Shown here one piece after another: positions 10,097-20,591 of a stretch of 64,000 nucleotides of DNA. The DNA lies in contig CAJWHW010000003.1 of the NCBI GenBank assembly GCA_913040915.1, forward strand, positions 1 through 64,000, in the 5' to 3' direction. Position numbers and translations under genes: made by a program. This stretch comes from an uncultured Fidelibacterota bacterium. Its GTDB lineage: Bacteria; Fidelibacterota; Marinisomatia; Marinisomatales; UBA1611. The notes beneath the pieces are model-generated. The model saw nothing but the letters and a program-made list of their open reading frames with translations, did not search any database and was not told where the DNA came from. How positions within the stretch are numbered: the stretch's first letter is position 1; every line of letters begins with the position of its first letter.

Positions 10097-11393
10097 CTTG
10101 AAATTCCGATGTATCTATATTATCCAAATCTAAAATTTGATCACAGATGGATTGAATAAATAGTTGATCATGAGAAACAATAATAAAATGAATATTTGTC
10201 ATACATTCTCTTAAAAATAACCGCAGTTTTTTTCGTTGATTCCAACCTAATCCAAAAGTGGGTTCATCTAAAATAAGAATATCAAATTTTGAATGAGCTA
10301 GCGCCACAATAATAAATATTCTAAGCACAGCCCAGGGTAGATGAATTCCCTGTATATTTTTAATGCGATCCCAATAAATATTGAATCGCCTTAAACGATT
10401 ATTAAAGGTCTTATCCAATTCTACATTAAAAATACCATTTTCAGTTAACTGTTTTATAAATTCTTCCGGTGTCTTTAATTGCAATAAATATTCCGGAAAT
10501 TGATCCGCATATCCGATCAAGGGTTTATCATTCCCATTAACAGATATTTTTATTTGACCTATTTGGGGCTTTAAATATCCAAAACACATTCCAGCAAGAG
10601 TGGTTTTACCTGAACCATTCTCACCTATTAAGCCAAAAGAACGACAATTTTTTATGGACAAAGTGAGATTTGAATAAATATTTCTGGATTGTTCGTAATG
10701 AAAACACAAGTTTAGAAAACTCAAATTAAGATAACCAGGTGGTATTAAAATCTCATTGTACGAAACATTGTTTTGTTTTTTCAATGAAGAAAATGAGTTC
10801 AAACTCAATTCCCAAGTTTTATCTCCGTATTTTAAATCATTTTGTTCGGATGAAACCCAGATGACAATGCCGTTTGAATTATCTATCCATTCCCGCAACC
10901 AGCTTATTGCTAAATTTTTATTTACGTCTGATAAAAATGACAATCCATCATCTATTAGTAAAATATCAGGTTTTGTATTTAACGATGTAGTCAGATTTAA
11001 CAATTCTTTTTCCCCACCTGATAAAAAGCCTGGATTCATATAAGGGTCAATAGTTGATGGTAATTTCTTCAAAATTGCTGTTAAAATCTTTTTCACTTCA
11101 ATTGGTTTAAGCCCAGAACATTCTGAAGTGAATGTTATTTCATTTTGAACAGTAGGTGTCAATATCTGTTGGTCAGGATTTTGAACAATACGGTAAATAC
11201 TAGGATCCTCTACAATAACATCAATTTCAAAATTTTGATCATGTCTATAGACGGGATTTTCAAGGCAAGATAAAAATACACTTTTTCCCACTCCACTTTC
11301 ACCATAGATAATATTAATTCCTTTAGAAAATTTAATCTCCTGCTGATAAGATATAAATTTTTTGAAATGAATATTGATTATATAATCAATCAC
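10068..11393 (-). CDS. Twin-domain ABC ATPase, ECF (EcfA-A')-like, partly degenerate
   Basis: Two Walker A motifs (GESGVGKS, GENGSGKT), QNPDQQI, LSGGE, DEPTFGL, SHD. Confidence 0.7.
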   Translation of the reverse strand: MIDYIINIHFKKFISYQQEIKFSKGINIIYGESGVGKSVFLSCLENPVYRHDQNFEIDVIVEDPSIYRIVQNPDQQILTPTVQNEITFTSECSGLKPIEVKKILTAILKKLPSTIDPYMNPGFLSGGEKELLNLTTSLNTKPDILLIDDGLSFLSDVNKNLAISWLREWIDNSNGIVIWVSSEQNDLKYGDKTWELSLNSFSSLKKQNNVSYNEILIPPGYLNLSFLNLCFHYEQSRNIYSNLTLSIKNCRSFGLIGENGSGKTTLAGMCFGYLKPQIGQIKISVNGNDKPLIGYADQFPEYLLQLKTPEEFIKQLTENGIFNVELDKTFNNRLRRFNIYWDRIKNIQGIHLPWAVLRIFIIVALAHSKFDILILDEPTFGLGWNQRKKLRLFLRECMTNIHFIIVSHDQLFIQSICDQILDLDNIDTSEFQGEQRQKAKT

Positions 11394-12675
11394 GGATCAA
11401 ACTCCTAATGATTCGAGTAGCAGAGCCTAAATTATTATGAATAACATCTGTGGCAGCAAAACTCGCCTTTATAAAATAGGATTCATCAAAAGCAAGATGT
11501 CTTAGTTTGGTTATGAACTCATCTCCATGCTGAATACAAAAACCACCACCATATTTCAGAAGTTCTTCACCCTCATGCGCATGGTGATATTTTGGACCAA
11601 ATATTACTGGTAAACGAGCAATTGCAGGTTCCATCACATTGTGAATTCCTGTTGAAAATCCGCCACCGACATAGGCGATCATTCCCTGCCAATAGAGTTT
11701 AGATAGAACACCAACAACACCCAGAATAACAACTCTGTCATCAGGCAATTGGAGAGTATCCTTACGTATAATGGAAGGCTCAATCCCTAAATCTGAAAAT
11801 AGAACCTTAATCCTGTTAATTTCAGATTCATTTGGTTCGTGTGGTGCATATAATACTTTCCAGTCAGGATTGGATTGAAGAAAGGAGAATAAAACAGGAA
11901 TAAGAAATCGGTCATCTTCCGTATGTGCACTACCAATAATAATTCTTTTATCCCTATTTAGAACCGATTTTTGGTGTTCATTAGTGAATTCATCTGAAGA
12001 TTGCTTGACCATATCATAACGTGGATTACCAAGAGAACGTAAAATAGGACTTTTCCTGTTTCCCACGATATTCCTAATACGATCGTAATCTTTTTTTGCG
12101 ACGGTATATATTGTTGTAATAGAACAATAAATAGCTTTATAAAAACTTCGAAATCCAAATTTGGATTTTAAGGATCCATCTTTGACTATTGCTGCAAAAA
12201 TATTTGAATGAATTGCCATTCTTTCCAAGCTCCAAATTAGGTTAGGCCAAATATCATAGGATGCAAAAATCACCTTCTTGGGCCGAATAATCTTCAGTGC
12301 CTGCCTTACAGTCCAAATAAAATCAAAAGGAATATAAAATCTAAAATCAATATCATCACTCGTTGCATTTTCATATCCAGAAGGTGATGAAAAACTGACG
12401 ATACAAATCACTTCCGGCTCCACTTCTTTTAATCCTTTCAATACAGGTAGGACTTGATGATACTCACCAAGACTTGCTGAGTGAAACCAATATATTATGT
12501 GTGATGAATCTATATTTTTAAAGTATAACTTTAATTGCGATATTGAATTAAACTTACCTTTAATACTTTGTCTTAATTTTAGATGAAAAAAAGATGCTAT
12601 ACATGCCCCAGTAAATAATAAAGGATACAAAATTAAGTTATAAATCACTGACCAAAAGACTTTCATCTTAATCAA
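11386..12675 (-). CDS. waaA: 3-deoxy-D-manno-octulosonic acid (Kdo) transferase
   Basis: WFHSASLGE, PFDF, IWPNL, GNPRYD, YVGGGF, HNVMEPA. Confidence 0.85.
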   Translation of the reverse strand: MIKMKVFWSVIYNLILYPLLFTGACIASFFHLKLRQSIKGKFNSISQLKLYFKNIDSSHIIYWFHSASLGEYHQVLPVLKGLKEVEPEVICIVSFSSPSGYENATSDDIDFRFYIPFDFIWTVRQALKIIRPKKVIFASYDIWPNLIWSLERMAIHSNIFAAIVKDGSLKSKFGFRSFYKAIYCSITTIYTVAKKDYDRIRNIVGNRKSPILRSLGNPRYDMVKQSSDEFTNEHQKSVLNRDKRIIIGSAHTEDDRFLIPVLFSFLQSNPDWKVLYAPHEPNESEINRIKVLFSDLGIEPSIIRKDTLQLPDDRVVILGVVGVLSKLYWQGMIAYVGGGFSTGIHNVMEPAIARLPVIFGPKYHHAHEGEELLKYGGGFCIQHGDEFITKLRHLAFDESYFIKASFAATDVIHNNLGSATRIIRSLIRD

Positions 12676-13667
12676 TTAGGAATTGAATTAAAAATATCTT
12701 TTACTGAAATACTATCCATACATACCTGAGTTTTTCTATAACACGGTATGCTACCATTCTGCGAACATGGCCTACACCAGACATCATCCTCAATTATTGT
12801 AGAACTATCTAAATAAGCACCGGCACCTGTCTGTCTGGATGTTGGCCCTAAAATCATGGTAACTGCGACATCCAAGGCTTCCGCTGCATGAAGTAACCCT
12901 GTATCACTGCCTACAACATAATCAGATTGAGATAAAATAGCTAGTGACTGCCGTAATGTCGTTTTTCCTGCAAGATTCAAAGCATCTGGTAGTTTTTCAG
13001 CAATTTGAAAACAAATTTTGTCCTTGCTTGAACCAATAATGACCACATCTTTTTCTATTTTTTTAATTAGGCTGATATATTTTTTTATAGACCATTGCTT
13101 CTGTCTCCAAGCAGAACCTGGTACTATCGATAGATATGGACCTTCTATGGAATTTGATTTCAATAATTTTATAGCAAAAGATTTTTCTGCTTTTGATACA
13201 AATAAAGATGTACCTGGAACTTCATCGCCATTTTTCCAAATATTACCTAAATGTTGGTGATACATTTTTCTAGTAGAAAAATTTTCAGAGAACTGATTTT
13301 TATGAAATTGGAAAAGCATAAACCTATTCCATCGCGGCTTTTGTAATTGATATATAGGGTTTGAGATTTGCATTGTCAGCAATTTTGAACGTAATGAATT
13401 ATGTAAATCATAAGTTATATCATATTGCTTATCTTTGATAAATGTTGAAAAATTCCATAGATCTTGAATGGATTTGTTTCTTTGGATTCCTATTACTTCA
13501 TCAATGTCATGATGAAATTCTAATAAAGGGACAAATTGATTTAATGTGAGAAATGTTATTCTGGCCTTTGGGTAATTTAGTCTTATAGTTTTCAATGGAG
13601 ACGTAGCCAGAATAATATCTCCGATAGAACTAAATCGGATGATCAGAATTTTCTGATCAAATGACAT
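12672..13667 (-). CDS. Glycosyltransferase family 9 (LPS heptosyltransferase, WaaF-like)
   Basis: IIRFSSIGDIIL, KQWS, NLAGKTTL, DTGLLHAAEA, CRPCS. Confidence 0.85.
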   Translation of the reverse strand: MSFDQKILIIRFSSIGDIILATSPLKTIRLNYPKARITFLTLNQFVPLLEFHHDIDEVIGIQRNKSIQDLWNFSTFIKDKQYDITYDLHNSLRSKLLTMQISNPIYQLQKPRWNRFMLFQFHKNQFSENFSTRKMYHQHLGNIWKNGDEVPGTSLFVSKAEKSFAIKLLKSNSIEGPYLSIVPGSAWRQKQWSIKKYISLIKKIEKDVVIIGSSKDKICFQIAEKLPDALNLAGKTTLRQSLAILSQSDYVVGSDTGLLHAAEALDVAVTMILGPTSRQTGAGAYLDSSTIIEDDVWCRPCSQNGSIPCYRKTQVCMDSISVKDIFNSIPN

Positions 13668-13671
13668 AATT

Positions 13672-14661
13672 TTATTTTACCCGTAGTGTGTTAAAAACCA
13701 CAAGATCAGTCAAGGATTGTTTTACAGCTGATTCAGGATAAAATTGAATAGCATCTATTGCATTATTGGAAAAATCATCCAGTTTCTGGCGTGCATATTT
13801 AAAGCCGCCAGACTCTTCTACCATCCATCGAATCTCTGATAATACTTTCTTTGTTTTAGTTTTAGCACGAAGCAGTTTTTTTAAACGACGGTTTTCTGAT
13901 TTCGTCATATTGGAATACGAAAATATTAGGGGCAAGGTCATCATATTTTTCTTTACATCCCCACCTCCATTTTTTCCGGTGTCACTTTCACTTCCTAATA
14001 AGTCAAATAGGTCATCCTTAATTTGGAATGCCATGCCTAAATTTTCCCCATAATCAAAAGTCGCTTTTCTATCTTTGTCCGTCTTCGTAGTCGTAATTGC
14101 TCCCAGCTCACAACTTGTGGCAATTAAAGAAGCTGTTTTTTGATTAATCATATCAAAATAAATTTTCTCTGTCATGGATTTAGTAATACTTTTTTCAATT
14201 TGTAGAATTTCACCAGCGCTTAACATTTCAGCAGTATTCGAAATTCTTTCTAGAGCATCAAAATCTTTGATTTGAATCATATTTATAAGTGCTTTACTTA
14301 AAATAAAATCTCCCATAAGAATCGAAATTTTATTTTTCCAAATTTGATTAATTGAGGGCTTTCCTCTTCTGATTGTTGCATCATCTACCACATCATCGTG
14401 AATTAGAGTGGCAATATGCAAAAGTTCCATCATTGCAGCTGCTTTATAACTGTTTAGTGTCGGTTCACCACATAGTCTAGCAGATAAAATTGTTAAAATT
14501 GGGCGGATATTTTTGCCTCGATTCTTTATCATATACTTTGAAATAGAATTGATAAGACGAACCTCAGATTTTAACGCATTTTCAAATTCTTCTTGAAAAA
14601 CTTTAATGTCATCAATAATGGGGGCAGTAATTTGTTTTAATGTGACTAAATCTTTATGCAT
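13672..14661 (-). CDS. Polyprenyl diphosphate synthase (IspB/HepT-like)
   Basis: GKNIRP, HDDVVD..RRG, GDFILS, KTA, FQIKDD; ATG at 14661 preferred (ORF track 14691). Confidence 0.9.
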   Translation of the reverse strand: MHKDLVTLKQITAPIIDDIKVFQEEFENALKSEVRLINSISKYMIKNRGKNIRPILTILSARLCGEPTLNSYKAAAMMELLHIATLIHDDVVDDATIRRGKPSINQIWKNKISILMGDFILSKALINMIQIKDFDALERISNTAEMLSAGEILQIEKSITKSMTEKIYFDMINQKTASLIATSCELGAITTTKTDKDRKATFDYGENLGMAFQIKDDLFDLLGSESDTGKNGGGDVKKNMMTLPLIFSYSNMTKSENRRLKKLLRAKTKTKKVLSEIRWMVEESGGFKYARQKLDDFSNNAIDAIQFYPESAVKQSLTDLVVFNTLRVK

Positions 14662-14709
14662 AACTAAACAGAAATTACCGAAGCGAACCAAAGGTGTTCA
14701 AACAGTTAT

Positions 14710-15429
14710 CTACCTGTTGACCATCCACGATACACCTATACTTATTTCATATAAAAAAATTAAAGGAAATGCCATTATTATCATTGAAACAGGGTCTGGA
14801 GGTGTAATAAAAGATGATAAAATGAGAATCACAATTATAGCGTGTCGTCGATAATGGCGCATGAATGGCGGCGTCAGGAGTCCAATAACAGATAACAATA
14901 GCGAGACCACCGGTAATTGAAAAATGACACCCGAGCCTAGTAATAACCAGGTTAAGAAACTAAAATAATATTGGATAGAAAAATTATTTTCCACATGGCC
15001 TCCACTTATACCACTAAAAAATTCTAATGAAAATGGTATTAAGATAAAATAGCCAAAACTGACTCCGATAATAAATGAAGAAAATGCAAAAAAAACTACA
15101 GGAATTGCATATTTTTTCTCATTTACCTTAAGTCCTGGGGCAACAAATTTCCAAAATTGATAAATCAAAACCGGTAAAGCGATGATGAATCCTGATATAA
15201 ATGAAATAAACCATTTAATTATAAACATTCCCTGTACTGATAAAACCTGAAGGTAAATTGCACTAGAAGTATTTTTTGTTGGTAAAAGTAAGAACTTTAA
15301 AATTTCATCAATATATCCAAATGAAAGAGCAGAGCCAATAACAATAGCTAATAAAGATTTTACTAATCGCCATCTTAATTCTTCAAGGTGTTCTAAAAAA
15401 CCCATTTCATTAGGTGATTCATCATGCAT
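14710..15429 (-). CDS. tatC: Twin-arginine translocase subunit TatC
   Basis: HLEELRWRL, YQFWKFVAPGL..EKK, FQLP, ITPPDPVS. Confidence 0.95.
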   Translation of the reverse strand: MHDESPNEMGFLEHLEELRWRLVKSLLAIVIGSALSFGYIDEILKFLLLPTKNTSSAIYLQVLSVQGMFIIKWFISFISGFIIALPVLIYQFWKFVAPGLKVNEKKYAIPVVFFAFSSFIIGVSFGYFILIPFSLEFFSGISGGHVENNFSIQYYFSFLTWLLLGSGVIFQLPVVSLLLSVIGLLTPPFMRHYRRHAIIVILILSSFITPPDPVSMIIMAFPLIFLYEISIGVSWMVNR

Positions 15430-16366
15430 TTTTCTGTTTATCTAATAATTGTTGAGCCATCATTACCGGAGATGATTGAATTGATTGCAAAGATCGTGTA
15501 GTTTTATTAAGAATTGATATTTTCTCTTTTGTCCAAAATACATTTTCTAAACTTTCTCGGATTAAATCAGAAACTCGTGTTCTATACCTATTTAATCTCC
15601 TATCATCCACTAAACCAATTTTTTCCATCATTTTTAAATGATTCTGAATACCTAAAAATAATTCCACTATACCATTATCCTGGTTAGCAATTGTATTGAA
15701 TACCGGTGGTTCTATTTTTTTATTAGTTGAAAAATTATGAATAATATTCTTTAGTAAAGATGCTAAACGATTTGCTCCATCTCTATCAGCTTTATTAATT
15801 ACAAATATATCTGCAATTTCAATTAGGCCAGCTTTCATTAATTGAATCTCATCACCAGACTCTGGGACTAACAATACAATGGTCAAATCTGCGGCTTTTG
15901 CTATATCATGTTCACCTTGGCCAACACCAACAGTTTCAAATAAGATTATATCTTTCCCACTGGCAGAAAGGATGTCTGCAACTTCCTGGGATTTTCTTGC
16001 TAAACCACCTAATTCACCATGGCTACCCATACTTCGGATAAATACACGCTCATCCCATAGATATTTATTCATGCGTACACGATCGCCAAGAAGAGCGCCT
16101 CCAGAAAATGGACTAGTGGGATCAATGGCAATTACTCCAACTCTGTGATTATTGGATAGGAATATATCTATCAATGTATTGGTTAGAGTACTTTTTCCTG
16201 CACCGGGGGGGCCGGTAATACCTATGCGATATGATTGGGAAGAGTTTTCAAATAGTTCTTCAAAAAAGGAATAAGGAATAGTTTGGTTATTCTCGATTTG
16301 TGTAATTGCTTTTGAAATAGAACCGGCATCATTTTTTAATATACCAGAGATTAGAGATTCAGGCAT
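15422..16366 (-). CDS. meaB: Methylmalonyl-CoA mutase-associated GTPase MeaB
   Basis: GITGPPGAGKST, DPTSPFSGGALLGDRVRM, ETVGVGQ, GDEIQLMKAG, NKAD. Confidence 0.9.
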   Translation of the reverse strand: MPESLISGILKNDAGSISKAITQIENNQTIPYSFFEELFENSSQSYRIGITGPPGAGKSTLTNTLIDIFLSNNHRVGVIAIDPTSPFSGGALLGDRVRMNKYLWDERVFIRSMGSHGELGGLARKSQEVADILSASGKDIILFETVGVGQGEHDIAKAADLTIVLLVPESGDEIQLMKAGLIEIADIFVINKADRDGANRLASLLKNIIHNFSTNKKIEPPVFNTIANQDNGIVELFLGIQNHLKMMEKIGLVDDRRLNRYRTRVSDLIRESLENVFWTKEKISILNKTTRSLQSIQSSPVMMAQQLLDKQKNA

Positions 16367-17050
16367 CTATGAATCAAATTCCTGTATAAAGATGTTATAA
16401 TTATTGATGGTTAGCTCTCTTCCTTTTCTTGAAATATATCCTTCTTTTTCCAGTAATTTTAATGCACGAGAGACTGTTTCTCTTGATGTACCAGACATAT
16501 TTGCTATATCCTGCTGAATAGGAGCTTTTGAGATATTGACACTTCCTTTTTTAATCACACCACTTTCATCTGCAATTCTTAATATACATAAAGCAATACG
16601 TTTTTCTGCAGCACTTAAAGAAAGACTCGCAATTTGTCTATCGCTTTTCCTTAACCTTAAAGCCATCTCCTTTAAAAGTTGAATTGCAATTTGTGGGTAA
16701 CCTTTTAAGACAATTAAAAAGTCACTTCGGTTCAAAGTCAAAACCTCTGTATCATCAAGTGCAATAACATTTGCTGATCTAGATTCACCATCTAGAAGGG
16801 ACATTTCACCAAAAAATTCTCCATCATTCAATATTGCTAAAATTACTTCCCTCCCTTCTTTACTAAGTCGTGTAATCTTAACACTGCCCTTTGTGACAAA
16901 AAAACACTGTTCAGCTTCGGTCTCTTCCAATAGGATTATATGTCCTGCTTCATATTCACGTGACACCATTTTTTCCGATATATAGCCCAATTCTTTTTCA
17001 GGTAAATCCCAAAATAATGATACAGATTGTAAAAGTTGAATTTTGTCCAT
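16367..17050 (-). CDS. Crp/Fnr family transcriptional regulator
   Basis: cNMP-binding FFGEMSL...RSA; HTH QQDIANMSGTSRETVSR; ATG at 17050 preferred (ORF track 17083). Confidence 0.9.
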   Translation of the reverse strand: MDKIQLLQSVSLFWDLPEKELGYISEKMVSREYEAGHIILLEETEAEQCFFVTKGSVKITRLSKEGREVILAILNDGEFFGEMSLLDGESRSANVIALDDTEVLTLNRSDFLIVLKGYPQIAIQLLKEMALRLRKSDRQIASLSLSAAEKRIALCILRIADESGVIKKGSVNISKAPIQQDIANMSGTSRETVSRALKLLEKEGYISRKGRELTINNYNIFIQEFDS

Positions 17051-17173
17051 ATTAAAAGATACCAAGACATCAGGTATTTTCAAATTTTATATATCAGAAT
17101 AATGTAGTTTTTATTGAGCAAGTTAACTTGTATGACTAACAACAATTTGCCTAAAATATACCTTAACAGTTGG

Positions 17174-17203
17174 TTGACTATGTTTTTCAAGATTTTGTAA
17201 TAT
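17174..17203 (+). promoter_or_regulatory. Candidate sigma70-type promoter for rpsT
   Basis: TTGACT-N18-TAATAT, followed by RBS AGGGAG at 17221-17226 before ATG 17235. Confidence 0.45.
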
Positions 17204-17234
17204 TGCCAGCTTTAAACTAAAGGGAGAATATTAA

Positions 17235-17489
17235 ATGGATAGACATCCACAGCAGATTAAAAGGGAACGGCAGGATATAAAAAGAAGAGCTAGAAATGTA
17301 GAAAATATGTCTAAACTTAGAACACATATCAAGAAAGTTTTATCAACTAAGAAAAAAGCTGACGCAGAAAAAGTTTATTCAGAAGCAGTAAGTGTAATTG
17401 ATAAGGCTGTAAATAAAAACTTGATTCATAAAAATACCGGCGCGAGACGAAAAGCTCAAATAACACACCATCTGAATTCCCTTAGCTGA
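17235..17489 (+). CDS. rpsT: 30S ribosomal protein S20
   Basis: Basic 84 aa; KR..Q..KRR.RN, SKLRTHIKK, IDKAVNKNLIHKNTGARRK. Confidence 0.9.
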   Translation: MDRHPQQIKRERQDIKRRARNVENMSKLRTHIKKVLSTKKKADAEKVYSEAVSVIDKAVNKNLIHKNTGARRKAQITHHLNSLS

Positions 17490-17508
17490 TTAAAGGTTAA
17501 TCTTTTTT
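17488..17508 (+). terminator. Weak candidate intrinsic terminator after rpsT
   Basis: GATTAA-agg-TTAATC hairpin followed by a T run, between convergent rpsT and guaB; stem is AT-rich. Confidence 0.25.
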
Positions 17509-17512
17509 ATAA

Positions 17513-18982
17513 TTAAGCTTCAGATATCTGATAATTTGGGGCTTCTTTTATAATTCGGACTTCATGAGGGTGATTTTCTTTAATACCAGCAGCTGTTATC
17601 TGAATAAATTTTGTACTCTGTCCGAATTGAGAAATCGTTTTGCAACCGCAGTATCCCATAGATGAACGAATACCACCTATTAATTGATGGATCGTATTTC
17701 TAACTTGCCCCCTATAAGGTACCATTCCTTCAATACCTTCAGGAACTAATTTTGTAGAATCAGCACCTTCTTGGAAATATCTATCGCCACTTCCCTCTTG
17801 CATTGCTTCCATAGAACCCATTCCACGATAAGATTTATACTGGCGACCTTCATATAAAATCGTTTCTCCGGGACTTTCATCCATCCCAGCAAGCAAACTG
17901 CCCAACATCACAGAATCTGCACCTGCAGCTAGAGCTTTTGCAATATCTCCGCTATAACGAAGCCCACCATCAGCAATCACAGGAACTTTACTATCTCTAG
18001 CCACATCTACAGCATCCATGATTGCAGTCAATTGTGGCACTCCTACTCCTGCAATTACTCTCGTGGTACAGCTTGCACCGGCACCAATCCCTACTTTCAC
18101 GCAATCTACACCCGCATCAATTAAGGCTTGAGTACCATTGCCCGTTGCAACATTACCAGCTATAACAGCAATTTTAGGAAAGGTATTCTTTATGGCTTCA
18201 ATTGTTGATAAAACACCCTTAGAATGACCATGTGCAGTATCTATTACAATGGCATCTACTTCTGCATCAGCTAGGGCACCTGCTCTATCAATAGAGTCAT
18301 CTGATACACCAACAGCTGCTGCAACTCTAAGGCGTCCGTTCTTATCCTTACAAGCGTTAGGATTATCTTCTTTTTTCTGAATATCTTTAACTGTAATAAG
18401 TCCAGTTAAATTTCCATTATTATCTACCACTAACAATTTTTCTATCCGATGTTTCTGAAGAATGTCTTTGGATTTTTCTAATGACGTTCCAATTGGTACT
18501 GTTACCAAGTTTTCTGAAGTCATTCTTTCAGATACTTTTAAAGAATTATCAGTCTCAAAACGTATATCACGATTTGTAAGGATTCCAACTAGATGTTCAT
18601 CTCGAATTACAGGTAAACCACTAATCTTATATTTCGCCATGATGTTTTTAGCTTCTGATATTGTTGAATCAAAGGTTATCGTTACAGGATTGATGATCAT
18701 TCCACTTTCTGACCGTTTGACTCGATCAACCATTTGAGCCTGGTCTTCTATAGACAAATTTTTGTGAATAATACCCATACCTCCTGTTCTTGCCATAGCA
18801 ATAGCCATTTCACTTTCTGTTACCGTATCCATTGCAGCACTTAAAATGGGAATATTTAGAGTAATTTCTTTAGTTAAACGAGTAATTAACTCCACATCAC
18901 GCGGTAAAACTGATGACTCCTGCGGAACAAGTAATACATCATCAAAGGTCAATGCCTGTTGAAATGGTGGACGATTATTCAC
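17513..18982 (-). CDS. guaB: IMP dehydrogenase
   Basis: [20 protein letters not shown] pair, [24 protein letters not shown]. Confidence 0.97.
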   Translation of the reverse strand: MNNRPPFQQALTFDDVLLVPQESSVLPRDVELITRLTKEITLNIPILSAAMDTVTESEMAIAMARTGGMGIIHKNLSIEDQAQMVDRVKRSESGMIINPVTITFDSTISEAKNIMAKYKISGLPVIRDEHLVGILTNRDIRFETDNSLKVSERMTSENLVTVPIGTSLEKSKDILQKHRIEKLLVVDNNGNLTGLITVKDIQKKEDNPNACKDKNGRLRVAAAVGVSDDSIDRAGALADAEVDAIVIDTAHGHSKGVLSTIEAIKNTFPKIAVIAGNVATGNGTQALIDAGVDCVKVGIGAGASCTTRVIAGVGVPQLTAIMDAVDVARDSKVPVIADGGLRYSGDIAKALAAGADSVMLGSLLAGMDESPGETILYEGRQYKSYRGMGSMEAMQEGSGDRYFQEGADSTKLVPEGIEGMVPYRGQVRNTIHQLIGGIRSSMGYCGCKTISQFGQSTKFIQITAAGIKENHPHEVRIIKEAPNYQISEA

Positions 18983-18984
18983 TA

Positions 18985-20511
18985 TTACTCCAAGTTAGTT
19001 TTGTTTAAAATATTATTTATCAATTCGCCTGTTATTATGGAGCCTAATATAAGATCAATTTCTTTCTTGTAGAACCTATCACCCGTACTATATCTACAAA
19101 ATGAATTTAAAAATTTTAGTACTGATCCAGTCCCCCTGCCAGGTTTTATACCATTTGATGCCTGGTAATTGGCAGCTCCTGCAATAAAAAGCTCAATTGC
19201 TAAAATATTGGCTATATTTTTTTGAATTTGGAATAGTTTCAAACCAGACCAGGGAGCCATACTTACAAAATCTTCATGCCCACCAGAAGTCGGTATAGAA
19301 TCAATACTTGCAGGATGTGCCAATGTTTTATTTTCAGAAACAAGTGCTGATGCTACTACATGCGGAATCATATAACCCGATTCTAGTCCAGGATTATTTG
19401 CGACAAAAGGCATGATCTTATGATCAATTCCTTTCATAAAATAATGAGATCTTCTTTCCGAAATAGCACCTAATTCAGACATTGCGATTGCTAGTATATC
19501 TAAAGACTGGGCTACATGCTCAGCATGAAAATGGCCTGAATTAGCAATTTTACCATTTGTTAAAACCAAAGGGTTATCACTTACACTATTTATTTCATTA
19601 TTAATTATATCTGCAGCCATAAAAAAACTGTCTCTACTGGCGCCATGGATATGTGGAATACATCGAAAACTGTAGGGATCCTGCACTATATCACAATTTT
19701 TGTGTGATTGGACAATTTTACTTCCATGAAGTAACTTGAGTATATTATTTGCTACAGTTCGTTGCCCAGGGTGCTTTTTAAGATATTGAATTTCTTTGTT
19801 AAATACATTTCTACTAGAAAAACTATTTTCAACAGATAAAGCACCAGCTATATCCGCAGTTTTTAGTAGCATCTCACCATCCAATAATGCTTTTATACCT
19901 AATGCTGTTGATACTTGAGTACCATTAATTAAGCTCAATCCTTCTTTTGGATGCAGTACTAAGGGTTTGATACCAGCCTTCTTTATTGCTGTACTCGCTG
20001 ACATTGTTCTGCCTTGATATAATACTGAACCTTCACCAACCATAGCAAGTGCCAGGTGTCCCAATGGCGCTAAATCTCCACTCGCCCCTACAGAACCTTT
20101 TTCTGGGATTATTGGTAAAACATCTTTATTTAAAAATTGAATTATTTTATTTGCAACTTGAGGACGAACACCGCTATAACCTTTTACATATGTTAATAAT
20201 TTTAAGATAAATATAGATCGTACAACTCCTGGTTCTAAAGGATCCCCAAAGCCAGAAGCATGACTGCGAACTAAATTCAATTGTAGTTGTTTTTGGTCTC
20301 GTGGCTTAATGGAATGCTGACTGAGTTTTCCAAAACCAGTATTTACGCCATAAATTATTTTTCCAGCTTCTATTTGACTAAGGAGAAGCTGACGTGATCT
20401 TTTTAAATTTTTGACTGATTCTTTGGTGATAGAAACCTTTACAGGTCCCTTAAAAAGTGGGGCAAAATCCTTATAAGAAAAAGAACGGGGTGAAATACTT
20501 AGGTTTTCCAT
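18985..20511 (-). CDS. hutH: Histidine ammonia-lyase
   Basis: YGVNTGFG, MIO-forming GSVGASGDLAPL, KEGLSLINGTQ, QDPYSFRC, DNP, EDFVSM. Confidence 0.85.
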   Translation of the reverse strand: MENLSISPRSFSYKDFAPLFKGPVKVSITKESVKNLKRSRQLLLSQIEAGKIIYGVNTGFGKLSQHSIKPRDQKQLQLNLVRSHASGFGDPLEPGVVRSIFILKLLTYVKGYSGVRPQVANKIIQFLNKDVLPIIPEKGSVGASGDLAPLGHLALAMVGEGSVLYQGRTMSASTAIKKAGIKPLVLHPKEGLSLINGTQVSTALGIKALLDGEMLLKTADIAGALSVENSFSSRNVFNKEIQYLKKHPGQRTVANNILKLLHGSKIVQSHKNCDIVQDPYSFRCIPHIHGASRDSFFMAADIINNEINSVSDNPLVLTNGKIANSGHFHAEHVAQSLDILAIAMSELGAISERRSHYFMKGIDHKIMPFVANNPGLESGYMIPHVVASALVSENKTLAHPASIDSIPTSGGHEDFVSMAPWSGLKLFQIQKNIANILAIELFIAGAANYQASNGIKPGRGTGSVLKFLNSFCRYSTGDRFYKKEIDLILGSIITGELINNILNKTNLE

Positions 20512-20591
20512 CGACTAATTTAGGATTTTGTAACCTTTCATTCAAAATATTGTTAGGCAACATAATGAATCTATTACGATTAGGAAATAGT

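Noticed and set aside
17174..17190. TTGA-N9-TCAA resembling an FNR box near the Crp/Fnr gene
   Set aside because: Spacing does not fit TTGAT-N4-ATCAA, and the left arm is better explained as the -35 element of rpsT
15422..20511. meaB without a mutase and hutH without hutU/I/G nearby
   Set aside because: Scattered pathway genes are common in compact genomes, and the rest of the genome is not visible
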